A stretch of 64,000 bases of DNA, taken from Acidobacteriota bacterium. GTDB taxonomy: Bacteria > Acidobacteriota > Aminicenantia > Aminicenantales > Saccharicenantaceae. Position 1 is the stretch's first letter; the number at the start of each line of letters is the position of its first letter. Shown here in pieces: positions 1-9,075 of this stretch. The translations under genes were made by a program, and so were the position numbers. Under the pieces are notes generated by a model. That model was not told the origin of the DNA. It saw nothing but the letters and a program-made list of their open reading frames with translations, and made no database searches. The stretch lies in the NCBI GenBank assembly GCA_028749205.1, contig JAQULR010000004.1:41742-105741 (forward strand), in the 5' to 3' direction.

Positions 1-1
1 T

Positions 2-1315
2 AAACCAGGAAAGACCGAACTGGTAACAAACATGCTGGATAAAATAAGCTACCGTGGAAAAAATTCCAGACTGGTTTTCTCTACGGCTTATTCGACCATG
101 GGAATGGTCTCGACTTTGCTGTCTTCCTCAGAGCTGGAGCATTTTAAGAACAATAACCTGGTAAGCCATAATCTATTTGACTGCCATTACTCCACAGCCA
201 GAGAAAATGATGGAACTATCGAGCTAAAACGTGATGTCTTTGGTGTGGTCCCACTTTATTATGGCTATACCGAAGACGGCAGCCTCTGTTTTGCTTCAGA
301 AATCAAGGCTCTGCTGGAAGCTACCAAGAATATAAAGGAGCTGCCTCCTGGGGCTAAGTTGTTTAAAAATCAGTTATCAATCGAAGAGACTTTATCTCTC
401 CCCGATGAATTTCTAAAAGGCCCCTCTGATAAGATTTCGGTCAGACTAAAGGAGACTCTTAAGAGCACAGTCACTAAAAGGATTACCAGTGCAACCTTCG
501 GCTCCTGGTTGAGCGGCGGATTAGATTCCAGCGCCATCGCTGCCCTGGCCCGGCCAGAGCTTCAAAAACTTTACACTTTCGCTGGAGGCATAAAGAATTC
601 TCCAGATCTGTTCCATGCTTCACTGATGGCTGAATACTTAAAAACCGAACATTTCGAAATTGTGGTTAAAACAGAAGACCTCATAGCTGCCCTGCCTGAA
701 GTAATTTTTCACCTGGAATCCTTCGACCCTTATCTGGTCAGGTCTTCAGTGATGAACTATCTGGTGGCTAAAAAAGCCTCTGATTATGTAGACCATATTT
801 TCTCAGGCGAAGGTGGTGATGAACTTTTTGGTGGCTACAGCTACTTAAAAAACATTCCTTTGGCTGACCTCCCGGGTGAGCTGTTGAAAATTACCGCTTC
901 TCTCCACAACACAGCCTTGCAGAGAGTAGATAGAAGCTCCTCGGCCTTCGGTCTGGTAGCCCATCTCCCATTTCTTGACCCGGAAGTTGTCAACTTGGCC
1001 TTGAAAATTCCTCCTGAACTCAAAATCAAAGACGGCCTGGAGAAATGGATCTTACGCCAGGCTCTGAAGGACTATCTCCCCGAAAGCATTCTAAACCGGG
1101 GCAAAGCTAAATTCTGGGAAGGGGCTGGTGTTCAAGACATTATCGCCGAGTTCGCCGAAAGCCGAATTTCAGATCAAGACTTCAGCCAACACCGACAGTT
1201 AGAAAATGGCTATGTCTTGCGGACTAAGGAAGAATATTATTATTACCGGATTTTCCAGGATCATTTTGGCCAGCTGCCAGATTTTTCCTGGCTGGGTTTT
1301 ACCAGAATGAACTGA
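2..1315 (+). CDS. asnB: Asparagine synthetase (glutamine-hydrolysing)-like protein, 5'-truncated by the window edge
   Basis: The reading frame is open from nt 2, with no stop before the ATG at 32. The translation shows the PP-loop motif SGGLDSS, the FASEIKAL motif and an AsnB-type C-terminal synthetase domain. Confidence 0.75.
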   Translation, partial: KPGKTELVTNMLDKISYRGKNSRLVFSTAYSTMGMVSTLLSSSELEHFKNNNLVSHNLFDCHYSTARENDGTIELKRDVFGVVPLYYGYTEDGSLCFASEIKALLEATKNIKELPPGAKLFKNQLSIEETLSLPDEFLKGPSDKISVRLKETLKSTVTKRITSATFGSWLSGGLDSSAIAALARPELQKLYTFAGGIKNSPDLFHASLMAEYLKTEHFEIVVKTEDLIAALPEVIFHLESFDPYLVRSSVMNYLVAKKASDYVDHIFSGEGGDELFGGYSYLKNIPLADLPGELLKITASLHNTALQRVDRSSSAFGLVAHLPFLDPEVVNLALKIPPELKIKDGLEKWILRQALKDYLPESILNRGKAKFWEGAGVQDIIAEFAESRISDQDFSQHRQLENGYVLRTKEEYYYYRIFQDHFGQLPDFSWLGFTRMN

Positions 1316-1591
1316 GCCCTGAAATTACACTGATTTCTACTACTCTGCTGAGCCTTAAAATTAGGGCTTTATCCCTCGTCTAAAATTATTTTTGAAGCCC
1401 ACAATACCTAAAAATGGGCTGCCTGTGAGTCTCAAAAACCTTGGTAGCGGAGCAGATAACCGATGACCTGGAAGTAACTCGAAATCCCTCTATAAGATTT
1501 GCTCCACTCACTGCCTCCCTTTCTCTGCCTTCAGCCTGCGACCAGGGGAAAACAGAGCACAGTTCCCCCACAGTTTTATAAATAATGAAGG

Positions 1592-3244
1592 CTAATTGAG
1601 GTTCTCTTTTACCGGCTTAAGCAGCAGGTCCTGAAAATCGTAGCTAAAATCTACATCTGGGGAGAAAGGCATCATTTTTATTTTGGAGACAGCTCCTTTG
1701 TGATCAAGGTGAAAGGTAACAAAGGCCTCAGCTCGGAGCTCCCGTTCAAACCAGCGGGCTACAAAGGTATCATAGTGCCAGTGCTCCAGGCGGCCATAAA
1801 GCTCTGGGCTGTGTTTGAACTGCATGGTCAGTTGGCCATTCTCATATCTAACTTCAATTTCTCCATACCAGTCATCACGGTAAAGACCGGCATAATCCCC
1901 AAGAGGAAGAGACGGTTGAGTATTCTTTTTCTGGGAGGCATAGATTTTATCCAGGCGTTCTTTAGACCTTCTGAGGTTTCGGTCTGAGACTTTTTTATAA
2001 GCTTCTACCCAGTCAAAGTCGGGAACCTTCAGGTAATAGTCAACGATTTGATTATTCAGAGCATAGAAAGCGTTAGTAGATTCCTGATTGGTCAGGATGG
2101 TTATCCCCAGCCCGATTTCCGGCATCAACCAGACCTGGGAGACATAGCCTTCCAGACCACCAGTATGAGTCAGGACCTTATGGCGGCGGTAGTCTCTGAT
2201 TCTTATGCCCAGTCCGTAGCCGTTGAAATTCATAGCCAGAGGACTCAACTCAGGAGCTGGTCTAGAAATTGGAACAGGAGTAACAATTGAGGTTATCTCA
2301 TCAAAGGTTCTTTCGGAAACCAGCCGGCTACCATCTGGTAATTTACCTTTATCCAGCAGGACTAACATCCATTTAGCCATATCTTCAGCACAGGAATTGA
2401 TACCTCCCGCCGGATTAACGTTTTCGGTCAAATAGAGGTTTTTAACCGGCACCACCTGTCCTTCAAGGGGCACATGAGGCCAGGCTTTATTTTCTTCCTG
2501 GGCAACTAAGGCGCAGCTGGTATTACTGTAATTCATCCCAACCCTTTTCTGAATTTTTTCTCTGACATAATCTTCCCATCTCAGCCCGCTGACCCTTTCG
2601 AGAAGCTCTCCGGCCACCACAAACATGATGTTGCTATAGGCATAACGGGTTCTAAAAGAACTGCTGGGTCTAATATATCGGAGGCGTCTGAGGATTTCCT
2701 TCCGGTTAAGGTCAGAGGCTGGCCAGAGCATCAAATCCCCAGCACCCAGACCCAATCCGCTGCGGTGACAGAGAAGGTCTTTAACCATAATTTCCCGACT
2801 GACTACCGGGTCATACATCTGAAAATCTGGCATATGATTAACAACCGGGTCATCCCAGCGAATTTTGCCTTCATCGACTAACATTCCCAGAGCTATGGCC
2901 GTAAAAAGCTTGCTGTTAGAGGCTATACCAAAAAGAGTTTGAGCATTAACTGGGGCCGGCTCGCCCAGCTTTTTAACCCCATAGCCTTTGGCCAGAATTA
3001 CCTGGCCATCCTTGACAATGGCCAAGCTAAGGCCAGGGACTTCAAAGGTTTTCATCACTCTGGCTACTAAATTTTCAAGGCCAGGCGGCGGCGTTGATAA
3101 AGAAGGTTTAAGACTCTGGGCCAGAGCGGCCTCACCAAGCAGCATCAAGCTGAGAGCCATGGCAAAAACCAACAAACCCAATCGCCATATAAACCTTCTA
3201 TCTAATGTCTTATTCATCTTTATACTGAAAATATTTTCCGACAT
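1592..3244 (-). CDS. Secreted serine hydrolase of the beta-lactamase/PBP family with a long C-terminal extension
   Basis: It has an N-terminal signal/TM segment. S-x-x-K (ASNSK) and Y-x-N (YSN) motifs are present. An AGGAGG RBS lies just upstream of the ATG at 3244. Confidence 0.8.
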   Translation of the reverse strand: MSENIFSIKMNKTLDRRFIWRLGLLVFAMALSLMLLGEAALAQSLKPSLSTPPPGLENLVARVMKTFEVPGLSLAIVKDGQVILAKGYGVKKLGEPAPVNAQTLFGIASNSKLFTAIALGMLVDEGKIRWDDPVVNHMPDFQMYDPVVSREIMVKDLLCHRSGLGLGAGDLMLWPASDLNRKEILRRLRYIRPSSSFRTRYAYSNIMFVVAGELLERVSGLRWEDYVREKIQKRVGMNYSNTSCALVAQEENKAWPHVPLEGQVVPVKNLYLTENVNPAGGINSCAEDMAKWMLVLLDKGKLPDGSRLVSERTFDEITSIVTPVPISRPAPELSPLAMNFNGYGLGIRIRDYRRHKVLTHTGGLEGYVSQVWLMPEIGLGITILTNQESTNAFYALNNQIVDYYLKVPDFDWVEAYKKVSDRNLRRSKERLDKIYASQKKNTQPSLPLGDYAGLYRDDWYGEIEVRYENGQLTMQFKHSPELYGRLEHWHYDTFVARWFERELRAEAFVTFHLDHKGAVSKIKMMPFSPDVDFSYDFQDLLLKPVKENLN

Positions 3245-3343
3245 CCTAACCTCCTGACAAAAGCTACTTTTTTTGATTTTACCATGGCCTGGAAACAGCT
3301 ATAAAGCATTTTTTTTGCCCCAGGAATAAAGGCCAAAAAGTCA

Positions 3344-3688
3344 TCAACAGAGTTCAGCTAATGACCAGCAGAAACAGGCCATTCCCCTCTTTTTTTTTCT
3401 TTTTTTAGCTTGGCGCGAGCCCAATATCCCCCCCTGAAGAAACAGGCCAGCCCCTAAGACAAAGCCAAAATTATACCAGCCCCCATTATTGTGGATTTCA
3501 TATATCCTGACATTTTTGGTGAAAAGCGAAACAATGAAGGTCACAGGCGAAATGAATCCGTGCCACAGTCCCGACAAGAAGCCAGCGATATGACCATCTT
3601 TATCAGGAGTCTTTTCAACCGTGTTCGGCCCGGGGGTACAGCTGGCAAAGAGCAAAATCAGGCAAGGAGAACAATTTCCTTTTGCCAA
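3344..3688 (-). CDS. Small putative lipoprotein/membrane protein
   Basis: A lipobox-like LFASC lies near the N-terminus. There is a glycine-zipper hydrophobic segment (GFVLGAGLFLQGGILG) and a K/R-rich tail. The 5' end overlaps the upstream gene by 31 nt in operon style. I recognise no homology. Confidence 0.5.
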   Translation of the reverse strand: MAKGNCSPCLILLFASCTPGPNTVEKTPDKDGHIAGFLSGLWHGFISPVTFIVSLFTKNVRIYEIHNNGGWYNFGFVLGAGLFLQGGILGSRQAKKRKKKRGMACFCWSLAELC

Positions 3689-4863
3689 TATAGTTCCCTC
3701 ATCTTAGCCGCCAGGGCTAAAAGAAGCACCGTGCCAAAATACTGTGGCTCAGGAGTCGGCGAAACCAGTAAAAAAGTTATAATTGAAATCATAATGCCGG
3801 TAAAAATCGGTAGCCCAACCACGGCCAGAACCACCGCGATCATAATTACTACCGCAGCCACAGGGTACAATTCAGGCAATTTTATTAGATAAAAAACGCC
3901 AGAAAGAATATTGGGGTAAAAAGTAGTGTATAAATTTCTTTCTCCGAGATTAAGGTTAAATAATATGGTACTTTTGATGACATTTGAGAGCCCGAAGGGC
4001 ACCATCAGGCTTAAAGCTACTGCTATAGAAACCAATCCTTCAGAGAAAACCTGAAAGAAATTCTTCCAGCTTCGAAAGTCCAAACGTTGGAGATAATAAA
4101 CAGCAGCTATAGGAATGAAAAGAAATTTGGTTAACAATCCGAGACCTATAACCACCGCCAACAAAAGCCTCTTGGGAGTCGAAGGAGTTCTTTCCTGAGC
4201 GAAAAGGAGGGCGACAAAAATAGCCAGCATCAGCATAGTCATAGCCGCCGTCGTCTTTATCTCAGAGAAAACAATCAGGGGCAGAAAAACCAGAAAATAG
4301 GGCTTCTTTATTTTCCTGAAGGTCAACACCATAATTAAAACAGCCAGGAATTGCAGGCTGATGAGCAACAGGCTTAAAGCCTGCATATTCCAGACCTTAA
4401 ACACCCGGTAAAAAAACCAATAGGGATAAAGCTCCAGAGGAAAATAATTGAAATTCTGGTATACCACCTGTCCTGATTCATCCCGATGATAAATCCGTCC
4501 TGAAGTGTAAGGATTGCGGCCCTCTTCCAAGTCTTTAAATACAGTATTATAAGATTCTATTACTTCAGCTTCAGGGTTTATAGTGCTTAGTTGATAAAAA
4601 GCCAGAGCCAGCCCGGCAATAAGAATAACAATAATGATCCCTCTTTTGCTCAGCCATCCAGGGTCAGAGCTAAAGATCAGCCAGACTAATAACAGCTCGA
4701 TAGTTAATTTTAAGACCAGGTCATACCGGTAGCCGTGAGCAATCGGTCTGGTTAGAAAAAGGACCAGAGCAAAAATTAGACAGGCCAGCAAAATGAAGAA
4801 AACGGTTTGGTTTAGGTTAGACTGTCTGGGATTAAAAAAGCTTTCTTTTTCTGGAGAGTTCAT
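3658..4863 (-). CDS. Polytopic membrane protein, possibly a GT-C-type (DUF2029-like) glycosyltransferase
   Basis: About 10 hydrophobic helices with one soluble loop. An AGGAAAGG RBS precedes the ATG. The functional call is weak. Confidence 0.6.
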   Translation of the reverse strand: MNSPEKESFFNPRQSNLNQTVFFILLACLIFALVLFLTRPIAHGYRYDLVLKLTIELLLVWLIFSSDPGWLSKRGIIIVILIAGLALAFYQLSTINPEAEVIESYNTVFKDLEEGRNPYTSGRIYHRDESGQVVYQNFNYFPLELYPYWFFYRVFKVWNMQALSLLLISLQFLAVLIMVLTFRKIKKPYFLVFLPLIVFSEIKTTAAMTMLMLAIFVALLFAQERTPSTPKRLLLAVVIGLGLLTKFLFIPIAAVYYLQRLDFRSWKNFFQVFSEGLVSIAVALSLMVPFGLSNVIKSTILFNLNLGERNLYTTFYPNILSGVFYLIKLPELYPVAAVVIMIAVVLAVVGLPIFTGIMISIITFLLVSPTPEPQYFGTVLLLALAAKMRELYWQKEIVLLA

Positions 4864-5018
4864 CTGCCTTTCCTGAGATAGCTGGGTCAGTTAGAGGTAG
4901 CCAACACCTAAAATATTTTTTTCACCTGGCTTGGCTGCATGGCCTGCTAAAAGCTGACCTTTTTATAAGTTGTAAGCCGGAGTTTCAATCTTATGCTGAT
5001 TTCTGCCTTCCAACAGCC

Positions 5019-6656
5019 TTATTTCTGGTCCTTACTCAACGATTTCTGATATTTCTTCCGCCCAAGCGGCTGCCATTCGCCGTATGATTCTTCATGAAGA
5101 CGACATTGACCTTCAGAAGTCCAGGTGAAACCATAATTGTAGCCAAACCATAAGTATTTATCACCTCCACCATTTTCGGTAGTTATGATGTAGCGAGCAG
5201 CCACATTGCCTATGCCAAGTGCCCGACCGCCGGGAGCATCTACATCACCTTTATTGGCATCAAAAGGAATCCAACCGTAAGGTGGGAGATAAATCTCATT
5301 CCAGCGATGAAAAACATCGTCATAGCTGGCATCATCTCCCCGAAGGCTGACTGTGCCCACATAGCGGGCAGGAACTCCTAAAGCCCGACAGAGAGCAATC
5401 AGAGAATAGGTATATTCAGAGCAGGAAGCTGTTCCCCGACGGAGGACAGTTGGGGCCGGATTCCAGCCACCAACCGGCTTTAGGTTATAGCTGAGATGAT
5501 TGATCAGGTACTCATAGATTTTTCTGGCAATCCAGTAAGGATTCTTTTCGTCCCCGGCAATCTTTTTAGCCAGGTCCTGAATGAAAGGATCATTTAAGCA
5601 GTATTTATCGCCATCAACCAAGTATTTTTTCTTGATATCTTCGGGAATTTGGTCAAGAGTGCCAACCCTGTCGGGATAGATGAAATATTCCACCGCATAA
5701 ACTTTGGCTTTAACCAGCCAGCCTGGCTGAACCGTATTACCTGCTTTAAGATTTTTATAGCCGAAATGAGCAATCTTCTGACCCCAGACATCGGTAATCA
5801 TCTCAGTTGGTTTCTGCAGGAATTCTACCGGTCCCAGCAGTTTCTGATTATCGCGGTCTTCGGGAATCGGTAAGTAGATGTCAAGGCTGGTAACTGTACC
5901 TGGCCCATAATTTCGAAATTCCTTGACAAATCGAAGCTCGAGTTCCTTTTCATCCCACAGAGTCATTATGTCATCGTCAAATACCTTAATTTGATATATT
6001 TCATCATTTTCATAATCTACGTTCCACAGATCCTGACCATCAAAGGCCAGACCATAAGGAAACGGTCCATAGGAGCGAAGCGAAGACAGGCACCAACCAG
6101 AGGCCGGGTCAACCAGGAAAATCCGGTCCATAGCCCGGTCAGTAATCCAGAGATATTTTCCATCAAACTCCAGGCCAGCCGGCTCATTACCCGGTGAGGC
6201 AAATTGCTGGATCATCATTCCATCCACAGGCGAGCAGCGAATTATCGAGTTATTGCGGACATCGGTCATCCACAGGTCTTGACCATCCCAGGCTAAATCT
6301 CGCGGTTGGTTGCTGTTTGATTCCAGAGCTTTCAGGATAGCTCCGGTTTCCGGGTCAAGGCAATAAACCAATCTTTCAGCTGCATCCACGTGCCAGAGAT
6401 TTTGGCCATCCCAAGCCAGACCCTCAGGATGATAACCCGGAGAATCAAAAGACTTAACAACCTTACCTGTAGCCGGGTCAATCTTGAAGATTTTATCCAG
6501 CCGGCTGTCAGCCAGCCAGAGATACTGCCCGTCAAAGGCCAATCCAGTAGGAAGTGGACCAGGTGTTTTAATGACCTTGACCACCTGACCAACCTTTGCC
6601 TGGGCCAGTGGCACAAACAGGATTATGATTGCCAGAGCCAGACACACTTTTTTCAT
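5019..6656 (-). CDS. Secreted beta-propeller (glutamine-cyclotransferase-like repeats) fused to a transglutaminase-core domain
   Basis: There are five DG(Q/K)xLW repeats. They are followed by TGase catalytic elements: C in GTASCSEY, H in HRWNEIY, D in FDAN. I moved the start to ATG 6656 (MKKVCLAL signal peptide), which is preceded by AGGAGGAA. The track start at 6686 is a TTG. Confidence 0.8.
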   Translation of the reverse strand: MKKVCLALAIIILFVPLAQAKVGQVVKVIKTPGPLPTGLAFDGQYLWLADSRLDKIFKIDPATGKVVKSFDSPGYHPEGLAWDGQNLWHVDAAERLVYCLDPETGAILKALESNSNQPRDLAWDGQDLWMTDVRNNSIIRCSPVDGMMIQQFASPGNEPAGLEFDGKYLWITDRAMDRIFLVDPASGWCLSSLRSYGPFPYGLAFDGQDLWNVDYENDEIYQIKVFDDDIMTLWDEKELELRFVKEFRNYGPGTVTSLDIYLPIPEDRDNQKLLGPVEFLQKPTEMITDVWGQKIAHFGYKNLKAGNTVQPGWLVKAKVYAVEYFIYPDRVGTLDQIPEDIKKKYLVDGDKYCLNDPFIQDLAKKIAGDEKNPYWIARKIYEYLINHLSYNLKPVGGWNPAPTVLRRGTASCSEYTYSLIALCRALGVPARYVGTVSLRGDDASYDDVFHRWNEIYLPPYGWIPFDANKGDVDAPGGRALGIGNVAARYIITTENGGGDKYLWFGYNYGFTWTSEGQCRLHEESYGEWQPLGRKKYQKSLSKDQK

Positions 6657-6672
6657 TTTCTTCCTCCTACCT

Positions 6673-6702
6673 AAAAAGGGACACAAAATTGCGTCTTTTT
6701 TT
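6673..6702. repeat. Decayed relative of the REP-like palindrome (AAAAAGGGACACaaaattGCGTCTTTTTTT)
   Basis: Same A-run / GGGACAC / loop / T-run layout, but the right arm is mutated (GCGTC instead of GTGTCCC). It lies in a divergent intergenic region. Confidence 0.35.
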
Positions 6703-6830
6703 AGGATATCACGGTTCTATTTTACTTAAAAGCATTTTAACCTCTGTTATTCATAATATGACCACCAATGAAGATTTTCATCTCGATTGAATTAAAAATC
6801 AAGGCTTGGTAAAATCAGCCAGAAAGGCCG

Positions 6831-8129
6831 ATGCTCAGAACTTCTCAAAGAAATTACTACCTGGTTTTTTTGATCTTTCTGACTTTCTTCGTCATTTCTC
6901 TTCTAACCAACATAATTGGTCCGCTCATCCCGGAAATCATCCAGAGTTTTAATTTAAGCCTGGCCCTAGCCGGGTTCTTGCCTTTTGCTTTTTTTATAGC
7001 TTATGGGGTGATGTCGATTCCCGCGGGCTTTCTCGTCGAGAAGTACCGCGAAAAAAAAGTTATGACAACTGCTTTCATTCTGGCTTTAGCTGGAGCTCTC
7101 CTCTTTGCTCTGTTTCCGAATTATTCAATCGCCACCATGTCGCTTTTTTTGATTGGCCTCGGTATGGCCATGCTCCAGGTGGCCATTAACCCTCTGCTCC
7201 GGGTATCTGGAGGAGAAGAGCACTTTGCCTTCAATTCAGTCATGGCCCAATTGATTTTTGGGGCGGCTTCCTTCCTGAGTCCTCTCCTCTATTCCTACCT
7301 GGTAACTAACCTCCCGCTGGCCGAAAAGCAAAACCTGTGGCTCAAAAGTTTGCGCCAGCTCGTTCCAGCTCATCTCCCCTGGGTATCCCTTTATTGGGTT
7401 TTTGCGGCCATTGCCCTGCTGATGTTCTTAATTATTTTTTCTTCCCGCTTTCCAAAAGTCGAATTAACAGAAGAAGAAAAGGCCGGCACCTGGGCTATTT
7501 ATAAAATTCTTTTGAAAAAAAGGGCCGTCCTTCTCTATTTCTTTGGCATTATGGCCTATGTCGGCACTGAACAGGGCCTGGCTAACTGGATATCTCAATT
7601 TCTTAAAACCTACCATGGATTAGACCCCCAGACAGCCGGAGCCCAGGCGGTCTCTTATTTCTGGGGACTGATGACCGTGGGCTGCTTGATGGGGCTGGTT
7701 CTCCTCAAGCTCCTGGACAGCAAAAAGGTCCTGGTGATTTTTTCCATTTTAGCCATCATCTTGCTCAGCCTGGCCCTTTTTGGTCCTGGAGAACTTGCCA
7801 GGTGGGCCTTCCCATTGCTGGGTTTTTCAGCCTCGGTGATGTGGTCAATTATCTTTTCCCTGGCTCTCAATTCAGTTGAAGCTCATCAAGGGGCCTTTTC
7901 TGGACTTCTCTGCACCGGCATAGTTGGCGGAGCCCTGGTGCCTCTGCTTATCGGCTGGCTTGGTGACCATCTTGGCCTTCGCCAGGCGATGTTTGTCCTT
8001 TATCTAACCCTGGCTTATATTCTAAGCATAGGCTTTTGGGCCAGGCCGCTCATCAGCAACGAAACCATCTGGATGAAAAGAAAAAAGAAACTGGCAGCCA
8101 GTCAACAATTAAAAGCTGACCAGTTATAG
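6831..8129 (+). CDS. MFS sugar transporter (FucP / glucose-galactose transporter-like)
   Basis: 12-TM MFS topology. The N-terminal region resembles sugar MFS permeases. The next gene is a ROK kinase. Confidence 0.75.
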   Translation: MLRTSQRNYYLVFLIFLTFFVISLLTNIIGPLIPEIIQSFNLSLALAGFLPFAFFIAYGVMSIPAGFLVEKYREKKVMTTAFILALAGALLFALFPNYSIATMSLFLIGLGMAMLQVAINPLLRVSGGEEHFAFNSVMAQLIFGAASFLSPLLYSYLVTNLPLAEKQNLWLKSLRQLVPAHLPWVSLYWVFAAIALLMFLIIFSSRFPKVELTEEEKAGTWAIYKILLKKRAVLLYFFGIMAYVGTEQGLANWISQFLKTYHGLDPQTAGAQAVSYFWGLMTVGCLMGLVLLKLLDSKKVLVIFSILAIILLSLALFGPGELARWAFPLLGFSASVMWSIIFSLALNSVEAHQGAFSGLLCTGIVGGALVPLLIGWLGDHLGLRQAMFVLYLTLAYILSIGFWARPLISNETIWMKRKKKLAASQQLKADQL

Positions 8130-8154
8130 CTGCTAAAAAAATCAGGAGGTTCAG

Positions 8155-9000
8155 GTGGCTCTAATTGGCGTCGACCTTGGCGGTACTAATGCCCGGGCCG
8201 GCCTGGTTGCCAAGGACCGGCTGGAGAAAATTGCCGTCCGAAAAATACGGAGCCAGGCCCGGGCTGAAGAAGTTCTCTCCGACCTTAAAGCCGTAATTAA
8301 GGCCGTTTTCAGCCCGGAAGTCCAGGGTCTCGGTGTTGGTATTCCCAGCCTAGTTGATTTGGAGACCGGCATTATCTATGACGTTCAGAACATCCCAGCC
8401 TGGAAAGAAGTCCCTCTCAAAAAAGTTCTTGAAGAAGAGTATAAAATTCCAGTTTATGTGAATAACGATGCCAATTGTTTTGCCGTGGGTGAAAAATATT
8501 TTGGTCTGGGCCAGGACTACGAAAATTTGGTTGGGCTTATCATTGGCACTGGTCTGGGAGCCGGTCTGATTATCAATGGTTACCTCTATTCGGGCCGTAG
8601 CTGCGGAGCCGGAGAATTCGGTATGCTTCCTTATCTTGATTCCAATTTTGAACGTTATGCCTCTGGACAATTCTTCCGGAAATCTTACGGAAAATCCGGA
8701 AAAGAATTTTTTGAGCTGGCCAGAGCCGGAGACCAAGCAGCAAAAAAAATTTTTCAAGAATTTGGCCAGCATTTAGGTGAGGCCATAAAAGCCATTATGC
8801 ATGCGGTTGACCCGGAAGCAATAATCCTGGGAGGTTCAGTCAGCCAGGCTTTTGATTTTTTTAAGGATTCTATGTTTGAGAATATTTCCACTTTTGCTTA
8901 CTCCATCGCCCTGAAGAGAATCGCCATAAAAGTTTCTACCACTGAGAATATAGCCATCCTTGGCGCGGCCGCCCTTTTCTTAGACAGTCTGAAAAAATAG
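8155..9000 (+). CDS. ROK-family sugar kinase (glucokinase / N-acetylglucosamine kinase-like)
   Basis: DLGGTN ATP-binding motif, NDANCFAVGE and GAGEFG motifs. GTG start with an AGGAGG RBS. The ROK zinc-binding Cys motif is not evident. Confidence 0.8.
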   Translation: MALIGVDLGGTNARAGLVAKDRLEKIAVRKIRSQARAEEVLSDLKAVIKAVFSPEVQGLGVGIPSLVDLETGIIYDVQNIPAWKEVPLKKVLEEEYKIPVYVNNDANCFAVGEKYFGLGQDYENLVGLIIGTGLGAGLIINGYLYSGRSCGAGEFGMLPYLDSNFERYASGQFFRKSYGKSGKEFFELARAGDQAAKKIFQEFGQHLGEAIKAIMHAVDPEAIILGGSVSQAFDFFKDSMFENISTFAYSIALKRIAIKVSTTENIAILGAAALFLDSLKK

Positions 9001-9075
9001 CTTAATTATCACACTAATTTCCAGGCCAGATAGCTTGGTAGCCAGGCCCAAAATCCCAGAAATACCCAGCAGAAT

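Noticed and set aside
1316-1591. A 276-nt convergent spacer containing a 61-aa minus-strand ORF (1386-1571) and a GGGGAA-12 nt-TTCCCC hairpin
   Set aside because: The ORF has no RBS and no recognisable features. The hairpin has no U-tract. There is insufficient evidence for a gene or an RNA.
6657-6686. N-terminal extension MCPFLGRRKK of the propeller-TGase protein (track start TTG 6686)
   Set aside because: The extension begins with a TTG inside the decayed palindrome. It also contains the AGGAGGAA RBS that serves the in-frame ATG at 6656, which opens a normal signal peptide.
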